Shown here one piece after another: positions 9,584-16,039 of a stretch of DNA of 32,209 nt. Source of the DNA: Gemmatimonadota bacterium (GTDB taxonomy: Bacteria; Gemmatimonadota; Gemmatimonadetes; Longimicrobiales; Gaopeijiaceae). The notes below the pieces were generated by a model that had not been told where the DNA came from, did no database searches, and was given only the letters and a program-made list of their open reading frames with translations. The stretch's first letter is position 1; each line of letters opens with the position of its first letter. Where the stretch lies: NCBI GenBank assembly GCA_026713345.1, contig JAPOOQ010000145.1, positions 1 to 32,209 on the forward strand, given 5' to 3'. A program made the translations under genes and the position numbers.

Positions 9584-10456
9584 TTATAATCGCGGGCGAA
9601 AGCGCGGTGGTAGACCGGCGTCCACGAAGAGGTCGCGCTGGCGCCTGTCCCGTTTTCGCGGGCGGTAGCGCTTCAGCGAGTGCAGATCGCCGATCCCGAG
9701 GCTCGCAGCCCGGTCGAGGAGGCGCAGCAGGATGCGGGCCGTCGCCAGCGCGTCGCCGTGGGCGCGGTGGCGCTCCACGATGGGGATCCGGAAGTGGTCG
9801 GCCAGCGAATCGAGGTTGCGGTAGCGGAGTTCGGGCGCGAGCCGCCGCGCCAGGCTGATGGTGCAGAGACGCTTCACCTCCGGAGCATCGCCGAGCGCGT
9901 CCCGCAGCTGCGCGCGCACCCAGCCCCAGTCGAACCCTGCGTTGTGCGCGACGAAGACCCGCCCCGCGAGGCGCCGGAAGACCTCGTCGGCGACCTCGTC
10001 GAAGGTCGGGGCGGCGGCCAGCATCGCGTCGGTGATCCCGGTCAGGCGCTCAGTGGAGGACCAGACGGGGCGCCCGGGGTGGACCAGGGTCTGGAAGGAG
10101 TCGGTCACGGTGCCCCGCCGTACCTCCACCACCGCCACCTCGGTGATGCGGTGCCCGCTCTCGTAGCTGCCTCCCGTCGTTTCCACATCCACGACGGCGT
10201 AGCTCAGCCGCGACAGGGGCGTCCCTGGCGCTCGCGCACCCGCCCCGCCGCGCCGGCTCCACATGCCGTCGCCGTCCACGTGGAAGCGCTCGTCCCTGCC
10301 CAGCAGCGCGAAGACGGCAGCGGAGGCCGCGCCGGGGTGGCCGTCGAGGCCGAGGACTTCCCGGGCGAGGTCGGGGGTGGGGGCGGGGCCCTCCTCCAGC
10401 ATGGCCCAGGCCCGTTGCAGCAGGGATGGATCGGGTACGGCCGCGGGGGACTTCAT
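9584..10456 (-). CDS. DEDDh 3'-5' exonuclease (DnaQ/epsilon-like) with an about 70-aa N-terminal HARE-HTH-like extension
   Basis: Exo motifs: YAVVDVETTG, VAHNAGFDW and HRAHGDALATA. Start trimmed to ATG 10454-10456, overlapping the rex TGA as ATGA. The stop is TAA at 9584-9586. The N-terminal 12-67 aa (..DLAREVLGL....AAVFALLGRDERFHVDGDGMWS) resembles the RpoE-delta/HARE-HTH pattern. Confidence 0.8.
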   Translation of the reverse strand: MKSPAAVPDPSLLQRAWAMLEEGPAPTPDLAREVLGLDGHPGAASAAVFALLGRDERFHVDGDGMWSRRGGAGARAPGTPLSRLSYAVVDVETTGGSYESGHRITEVAVVEVRRGTVTDSFQTLVHPGRPVWSSTERLTGITDAMLAAAPTFDEVADEVFRRLAGRVFVAHNAGFDWGWVRAQLRDALGDAPEVKRLCTISLARRLAPELRYRNLDSLADHFRIPIVERHRAHGDALATARILLRLLDRAASLGIGDLHSLKRYRPRKRDRRQRDLFVDAGLPPRFRPRL

Positions 10457-11097
10457 CGGCACCGGCGCAGCCGGGTGAGCGCGTGCGAAAGGCTCTCGAG
10501 GGCGACCGTCATGCTCACGTTCCTCAGCGCGACGTCGTCCGGGAGACGGAGCTGCGTGGGCGCGTAGTTGAGCACGGCCCGGATCCCGGCTGCGACCACC
10601 CGGTCGACGAGCGCCTGCGCGACCGGGGCGGGCACTGCAACGATCACGAGGTCGGTGCGGTCCTCCTGCAGCGCGCACTCGAGCTCGTGCTCGCCCCGGA
10701 TCAGGACATCGCCCAGCCGGGTCCCGATCTTGCCGGGGTCGTTGTCGATGACCGTGGTGATGTGGAAGCCCCGCGCGCGAAACGGCTCGTACCGGAAGAG
10801 CGCCGTCCCGATGCGCCCCGCCCCCAGCAGCGCAACCCGCCAGACCGAGTCGAGGCCGAGCACATCCCGGAGCACGCCTGTCAGCTCCCTGACGGAGTAC
10901 CCGAGGCCGCGCTTGCCGAAGGATCCCAGGAAGGAGAGATCCTTGCGCACCTGGGCCGCCGTGGTCCCGCCCCGTTCGGCCAGGACGCCGCTGGCCACGT
11001 TCCTGATCCCGGAGCGCTCGAAGTCCTCCAGATACCGGAGGTAGAGGGAAAAGCGGCGGACCGCGGCGTCGGGGATCCTGTTTGTGAAATTGTTCAC
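10453..11097 (-). CDS. rex: redox-sensing transcriptional repressor Rex
   Basis: The N-terminal winged helix has IPDAAVRRFSLYLRYL...AAQVRKDLSFLGSFGKRGLGY. The C-terminal Rossmann domain has VALLGAGRIGTAL. GTG start at 11095-11097 with no Shine-Dalgarno sequence upstream. Confidence 0.9.
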   Translation of the reverse strand: MNNFTNRIPDAAVRRFSLYLRYLEDFERSGIRNVASGVLAERGGTTAAQVRKDLSFLGSFGKRGLGYSVRELTGVLRDVLGLDSVWRVALLGAGRIGTALFRYEPFRARGFHITTVIDNDPGKIGTRLGDVLIRGEHELECALQEDRTDLVIVAVPAPVAQALVDRVVAAGIRAVLNYAPTQLRLPDDVALRNVSMTVALESLSHALTRLRRCR

Positions 11098-11099
11098 AA
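11082..11099. promoter_or_regulatory. Rex operator (perfect TTGTGAA-N4-TTCACAA palindrome) overlapping the rex start codon
   Basis: The plus strand reads TTGTGAAATTGTTCACAA at 11082-11099. Both half-sites are identical to the widely reported Rex box consensus TTGTGAAnnnnTTCACAA. It is the only such site I found in the window. Confidence 0.7.
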
Positions 11100-11103
11100 G
11101 TGG

Positions 11104-11133
11104 AAGCTAGAAGCCCCCCGGCGGGGGCGTCAA
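11104..11133 (-). promoter_or_regulatory. candidate sigma-70-type promoter for rex (TTGACG-N18-TAGCTT)
   Basis: On the minus strand, TTGACG is at 11133-11128 and TAGCTT at 11109-11104. The spacer contains the GC hairpin GCCCCC-CGGC-GGGGGC (11113-11128). The predicted TSS falls at about the GTG start (11097). Confidence 0.3.
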
Positions 11134-11221
11134 CCGGGGTCCGGGGCGCTCGCGGCGGAAGCGGAATCGCAGGTCGGCGCGCGACGCGGACGGGCCGGCG
11201 CCTCCCCGGGGGATGCGGTAC

Positions 11222-12070
11222 TCAGCGGAGCCGTCGGCCGGGGGGCGGGGGCGCCAGCGGGAGAGCCCCGCTCAACGCGATGAAGTCGTCCGGCGACAGC
11301 TGCTCGGGGCGGATGGACGGCGGCAGTGAACGACCCGCCAGCGCCCGCTCCACGTCCGCGGGCGGGCAGCGGAGGTCCGGGTGGCGGTGGAGGATCTTGC
11401 CGAGCTGTTTGCGCCGCCAGGAGAAGGCGGCGCGGGTCAGGGTACGGACACGCCCGGCCGCCTCCGCGTCAAGCGCCGGAGGGACGCGCGGCGTGATCCT
11501 GAGCGCGACCGAGTCGACCCGCGGGACCGGGCGGAAGGCTCCCCGCGGTACCTTGCACACCCGGGATGCCTCCGCGTGGACCGCGACGCCGACCGACAGC
11601 GCCCCGTAGGTGCGCGAGCCGGGCCCGGCCAGGATGCGCGCGGCCACCTCCGCCTGCACCGTCAGCACGACGTCCGCCGGGAAGGGGGGAGTGAGCAGCT
11701 TGAAGATGATCGGCGTCGTGATGTTGTAGGGGATGTTCCCTACGACCCGCGTGGCAGCCCAGTCCGCCGTGAGGGTCGGGAGGTCCAGCGAGAGCACGTC
11801 GCCGTGGACGACCTCGACACGCGGGTCGTGGCGGTACCGCGCCGCCAGCTCGGGGGCGAGTGCGTCATCCAGTTCCACGGCGGTGAGGGCCACCCCGGCC
11901 TGGACCAGATGATCGGTGAGCGCGCCCCGCCCCGCTCCGATCTCGAGCACGGGTTCCCCTTCTCCCGCGCCGACGGCGGCTGCGATCTTGCGGCGCAGGT
12001 TCGGGTCTACGAGGAAGTTCTGCCCGAGGGAGCGCTTCGGGCGGCCGCGCCCCGTCCGCCGAGGGTTCAT
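11222..12070 (-). CDS. rsmA: 16S rRNA (adenine1518-N6/adenine1519-N6)-dimethyltransferase
   Basis: LGQNFLVDPN, VLEIGAGRGALT and VVGNIPYNITTPI. Start trimmed to ATG 12068-12070 (MNPRRTGRGRPKRSLGQNFL), overlapping the upstream TGA as ATGA. Confidence 0.9.
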   Translation of the reverse strand: MNPRRTGRGRPKRSLGQNFLVDPNLRRKIAAAVGAGEGEPVLEIGAGRGALTDHLVQAGVALTAVELDDALAPELAARYRHDPRVEVVHGDVLSLDLPTLTADWAATRVVGNIPYNITTPIIFKLLTPPFPADVVLTVQAEVAARILAGPGSRTYGALSVGVAVHAEASRVCKVPRGAFRPVPRVDSVALRITPRVPPALDAEAAGRVRTLTRAAFSWRRKQLGKILHRHPDLRCPPADVERALAGRSLPPSIRPEQLSPDDFIALSGALPLAPPPPGRRLR

Positions 12071-13599
12071 CGGGTGCGCAAGATCACCGCGGTCCGGTCG
12101 TCCGAGGGCATCGACGGGGTCGCCCGCCGGCACAGCTCGAAGAGCGCGTGCAGGATCTCGTCCGCCGGGCTTCCGTGGCGGGCCGCCACCGTCCTCAGCA
12201 CCAGGTCCTCGCCGCTGCTCCTGCCGGTGTGTGCAAGCGTGTCGGACAGGCCGTCGGTGAAGAGCAGCAGGATATCCTCCCCGGACTTCCAGTCAGCCAC
12301 GGACTGGCCGTAGGGCGTCTTGCCGATCCCCATGGGAGGGTCGGTGGCGAAGAGGCGCCTGGCCGTACCGCCTGATTCGACGACGAACGCGTGGGGATGG
12401 CCGGCGTTCGAGTAGGCGATTTCGGGGGTTCCCGGCGACAGGACGCAGTAGCAGAGGGACAGATACATCTCGGTGGACTCGAGTTCGTCGCCGATCGCGC
12501 GGTCCACGTACTCCAGCACGGTCGCGGGGGCGGCGCCCTGCTCGGCGTAGATCGCCGCCGCGCTCATGACCAGCGCCATGATGAGCGCGGCCGGGAAGCC
12601 GTGGCCCGAAACGTCCCCGATCATCACGCCCACCCTGCCCCCGGAAAGCTGGATGACCTGGTAGAAGTCGCCTCCCACGGACGTGGCCGACATCACCTGG
12701 GCGGCAGCCTCGACGCCGGGAACCCGCGGGATCGGGGGCAACAGCTTCATCTGCAGGTCGTGGGCCAGCTCCATCTCCCGGGAGATCCGCTCGCGCGCCA
12801 TGTTTTCACGGATGGCCCGGTTGGCCTCCAGGGCGGCCTCCAGCGCCGAGCGGTTTCGGCCCAACTCCCCGGCGAGGGACGCGGCGCGCTCCAGTGAAGC
12901 ACGCAGCACCCCGACCAGCGGGCTGCCGGCCCCCTGCCCCACCACTTCGACTTCGAGCATCCGGCCGGGACCCAGCGGGACCTGGAAGCGGTTACCGCCG
13001 GCGATTGGAACCCCGTCCTCTTCGGAACGATAGACCAGGACTCGCCGTCCCCCCACCTCCTCCCATGCGCGCATCTCCAGCCCCAGCCGGGTGCCGAAGT
13101 CCTCCAGCGTCTCCGCGACCGGTTGCGGGAGCCCCCGGTCGGGCGCCGCGGTTGCAGGCTGCTCACGCAGAACGAGGGTGACCGCGTTGCCCCTGCGATT
13201 GAAGCGCACTTCGTCCATCAGCGCCCGCATCAGAAAGACACCGCGACCGTCCGGCAGAAGCAGGTTCTCAGGCAACCGGGGATCGGGAACCGCATCGGGA
13301 TCGAATCCGTCCCCCTGGTCGGACACTCTTACGCGCACCTCGCCGGGGACGGCCCTGAGCTCCACCCGCACCCGCGTGTCGGGGTCGCGGGAATTCCCAT
13401 ACAGGATCGCGTTGGAAATCGCCTCGGTGAGTCCTACGCGGAAATTGAAAAGCAGCCGGCGGCGGTCGAGTCGGGCGGGCGCGCAGTGCTCGACCGCGTG
13501 ATCCACCGCATCCTCAATCGCGCCGATGTCGTTGGGGAGCTCGAAAACGAGGTTCTCGGCTCCCCCGGCGCCGGCGGAACGTCGATCGGCTGGGCTCAC
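12067..13599 (-). CDS. fusion protein: N-terminal RsbW/SpoIIAB-like serine kinase (HATPase_c_2) + central linker/sensor-like region + C-terminal PP2C/SpoIIE phosphatase (RsbU-like)
   Basis: Kinase part, aa about 15-150: N-box LTEAISNAILYGN, G1 box VSDQGDGFD, and GRGVFLM. Phosphatase part, aa about 285-510: HDLQMKLLP, GGDFY, IGDVSGHGFPAA, LLFTDGLSD and DDRTAVIL. GTG start at 13597-13599. Confidence 0.8.
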   Translation of the reverse strand: MSPADRRSAGAGGAENLVFELPNDIGAIEDAVDHAVEHCAPARLDRRRLLFNFRVGLTEAISNAILYGNSRDPDTRVRVELRAVPGEVRVRVSDQGDGFDPDAVPDPRLPENLLLPDGRGVFLMRALMDEVRFNRRGNAVTLVLREQPATAAPDRGLPQPVAETLEDFGTRLGLEMRAWEEVGGRRVLVYRSEEDGVPIAGGNRFQVPLGPGRMLEVEVVGQGAGSPLVGVLRASLERAASLAGELGRNRSALEAALEANRAIRENMARERISREMELAHDLQMKLLPPIPRVPGVEAAAQVMSATSVGGDFYQVIQLSGGRVGVMIGDVSGHGFPAALIMALVMSAAAIYAEQGAAPATVLEYVDRAIGDELESTEMYLSLCYCVLSPGTPEIAYSNAGHPHAFVVESGGTARRLFATDPPMGIGKTPYGQSVADWKSGEDILLLFTDGLSDTLAHTGRSSGEDLVLRTVAARHGSPADEILHALFELCRRATPSMPSDDRTAVILRTR

Positions 13600-13619
13600 A
13601 AGTTCACTGCTCCGTTCCC

Positions 13620-13949
13620 CTACTCGCTGAGCGCCTCCTCCAGGCTGTCGCGGATCTCGAAGAGGGTGTAGAGCTTCGTCAGCTCGAAGAGCCTCCGCAG
13701 ATCCTCGTTGAGGGAGGCCAGCTGCAGCCGCCCGCCCGCTTCGCGGATCTTCTTGGAAAGGCTCACCAGGATTCCGAGGCCCGAGGAGTCGATGTACCCG
13801 GTCAGGGCGAAGTCCACGACGAAGCTGCGACTGCCCTGCTCGAGTTCGCCGAGAACCATTTGCTTAAGCTCCTGGCGGTTGCCGACAATGAGCTGCCCCG
13901 CGACCTCGATTACCGTGACCTGCCCGAACCTTCTCAAGTTGAAGGACAT
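13620..13949 (-). CDS. STAS-domain anti-sigma-factor antagonist (RsbV/SpoIIAA-like)
   Basis: 109 aa from ATG 13947-13949 (MSFNLRRFGQVTVIEVAGQL...). It carries the conserved phospho-serine motif YIDSSGLGILV. Confidence 0.85.
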   Translation of the reverse strand: MSFNLRRFGQVTVIEVAGQLIVGNRQELKQMVLGELEQGSRSFVVDFALTGYIDSSGLGILVSLSKKIREAGGRLQLASLNEDLRRLFELTKLYTLFEIRDSLEEALSE

Positions 13950-14063
13950 GTGCTTCCATCCAGACGGTGGGATTCGACTCTCGCTCCGCTCGGCTGTCCG
14001 TCGCCGTCGGACCACGGAGCCGCAGAAGAAGATACACGGGACGGACCGGGGCGCGAGTAGTCG

Positions 14064-14960
14064 TCAGCGGTCCGTGGGCAATCCCCGCGTGGCACCGAGG
14101 GCGGAGCCTTTCGCCGACATCAGCGCCGTGATCGCGGCCACGCGCACGATGTCCGTCACCGACGCACCCCTCGACAGGTCGTTGAGCGGCGCGCGCAAAC
14201 CCTGGAGGATGGGTCCCAGCGCGACGGCCCCGGCAAGTCGCTGGACCAGCTTGTAGGCGATGTTGGCCGCGTCCAGGTCGGGGAAGACCAGTACGTTGGC
14301 AGTGCCGGCCACGGGGGAACCGGGAGCCTTCACCCGCGCCACCTCGGGGATCAGGGCGGCGTCGCCCTGCAGTTCGCCGTCGGCGATGACATCGGGACAC
14401 GCTTCCCGGAAGCGCCGCACCCCTTCCTCCACCTTCTCGACCGCACGGCCCCCGGCGCTCCCCAGAGTGGAGTAGGACAGGAACGCGACCCGGGGTTCGT
14501 CCCCCACCACCAGCCGCCGCACCCGCACAGCCTCGGACGCGATCGTCGCCAGCTGGCGGGGCCGCGGCTCCGGCACCACCCCGGCGTCGGTGAAGGTCAG
14601 CACCTCGGGCCCGGCGCCACGGAAATCGCCAACCTCCATGAAGAACGATGAGGACAGGGTCCGCACTCCCGGCCTCAGCCCCACCCCCTTCAGCCCGGCC
14701 CGGACCACCTCCGCGGTGGTGTGGACGGCGCCGGCAACCACCCCATCCACCACCCCGCCCCGTAGCATGCCGACCGCGCGCTGCAGCCGCCCCTGGGCCT
14801 CCTCGTCCCCGGCCTCCGCCTCCAGCACCACCGGCCGGACCACCCCCCGCCGCCCAAGGATTGCCGCGGCCTCCACGACCCGGGGATCGTCTCCCTCGGG
14901 GAAGGCGATCCTCCTCCCCAGGCGCCGCGCACGCGCCTCGAGCCCACCGGTGAAGGTCAC
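14064..14960 (-). CDS. pta: phosphate acetyltransferase (PTA_PTB family, short form)
   Basis: IAFPEGDDPRVVEAA, SSSFFM, AFLSYST and VLVFPDLDAANIAYKLVQRL. The track ORF (to 15650) is over-extended across coaD. GTG at 14958-14960 overlaps the coaD TGA as GTGA. Acetyl versus butyryl specificity cannot be judged from sequence, and no acetate or butyrate kinase gene is in the window. Confidence 0.8.
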   Translation of the reverse strand: MTFTGGLEARARRLGRRIAFPEGDDPRVVEAAAILGRRGVVRPVVLEAEAGDEEAQGRLQRAVGMLRGGVVDGVVAGAVHTTAEVVRAGLKGVGLRPGVRTLSSSFFMEVGDFRGAGPEVLTFTDAGVVPEPRPRQLATIASEAVRVRRLVVGDEPRVAFLSYSTLGSAGGRAVEKVEEGVRRFREACPDVIADGELQGDAALIPEVARVKAPGSPVAGTANVLVFPDLDAANIAYKLVQRLAGAVALGPILQGLRAPLNDLSRGASVTDIVRVAAITALMSAKGSALGATRGLPTDR

Positions 14961-15454
14961 GAAAGGTGCCGGCGGAGGCGCTCCAGCACCGGGGGCGAGA
15001 CGAAGCTGCTCACGTCCCCGCCCAAAGCGGCCACCTCCCGCACCAGGGACGCCGACAGGAACGAATACCCCAGATCGGGCACAAGGAAGATCGTCTCCAC
15101 GCCGTCGTACAGTTCGCGGTTCATCTGCGCCATCTGGAACTCGTACTCGAAGTCGGCCACCGCCCGGAGTCCACGCACGATGAAGCGGGCGCCCGTCGTG
15201 CGTGCGAAGTCCACCAGGAGACCCGAGAAGGAGACACACTCGATCCGCGGCTCGTCGGCGAAGACCTCGCGCATGATCTCGAGGCGTTCGGGAACGTCGA
15301 AGAGGTGGTGCTTGCTCTGGGACGAGGATTCGGCCACCGCGACCACCAGACGGTCGCAGACGCGGAGCGTGCGGCGGGCGACGTCCTCGTGCCCCCGCGT
15401 CACCGGGTCGAAGGACCCGGGGTATACACCCACGACCGGACGGGAGTTGGTCAT
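14957..15454 (-). CDS. coaD: phosphopantetheine adenylyltransferase
   Basis: GVYPGSFDPVTRGHEDV (T/HxGH motif); 165 aa. The ATG at 15452-15454 overlaps the rsmD TGA as ATGA. Confidence 0.95.
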   Translation of the reverse strand: MTNSRPVVGVYPGSFDPVTRGHEDVARRTLRVCDRLVVAVAESSSQSKHHLFDVPERLEIMREVFADEPRIECVSFSGLLVDFARTTGARFIVRGLRAVADFEYEFQMAQMNRELYDGVETIFLVPDLGYSFLSASLVREVAALGGDVSSFVSPPVLERLRRHLS

Positions 15455-15990
15455 GCGACTTCGTCTCCTGGCTGTCTGACCCTCGTGAGGGCGGTGTCTC
15501 CGTATCTGCGCTGCTCTGCGACCGCGTCCGGTGGGAAGGGCTCGGCCGCGCGGTGTTCCACCCAGAGTTCCCGGGCGAAGGGCCCGGCTCCGTAGCGCGC
15601 CACCAGCTGCGATGTGTAACCACGGTCGTAGGGAGGGTCCGCGAGGGCAAGGTCGTACGCGAACGGCTCCAGTCCGCGGAGGTGGGCCATCGCGTCGCCG
15701 CGGATCACGGTGGCGTCGGGGCCGGCGCCGAGCGCGCGGATGTTGCGTTCGAGGACCCGCACGGCCCGGTGACTGCGTTCCACGAAGGTGACGTGCGCCG
15801 CGCCGCGGCTGAGCGCTTCCAGCCCCAGCGCCCCCGAGCCCGCGAAGAGATCCAGCGCTCTGGCGCCCTCGATCCGGCCTGCCAGGATGGACATCCAGGC
15901 TTCACGCACCCGGTCGGTCGTGGGACGGACGCCCCGCCCCGGCACCGGCGCGATCCGGCGGCTCTTCCACTTTCCGGCAATGATTCGCAC
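15451..15990 (-). CDS. rsmD: 16S rRNA (guanine966-N2)-methyltransferase
   Basis: MRIIAGKWKSRRI, LDLFAGSGALGLEALSRGA and ADPPY. GTG start at 15988-15990, with AGGAGG 10 nt upstream. Confidence 0.9.
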   Translation of the reverse strand: MRIIAGKWKSRRIAPVPGRGVRPTTDRVREAWMSILAGRIEGARALDLFAGSGALGLEALSRGAAHVTFVERSHRAVRVLERNIRALGAGPDATVIRGDAMAHLRGLEPFAYDLALADPPYDRGYTSQLVARYGAGPFARELWVEHRAAEPFPPDAVAEQRRYGDTALTRVRQPGDEVA

Positions 15991-16039
15991 GGTGGGGCAA
16001 CCTCCTGGCCCGGCGCGAGCCGCGGAGCAGCGGCGCGCG

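Noticed and set aside
13961-13990. tRNA-like T-loop string (GTCGAATCCC on the minus strand) in the pta/STAS gap.
   Set aside because: The flanking bases do not form a T-stem (GAGAG versus CCACC), and no acceptor or anticodon arms can be drawn. The gap is only 114 nt.
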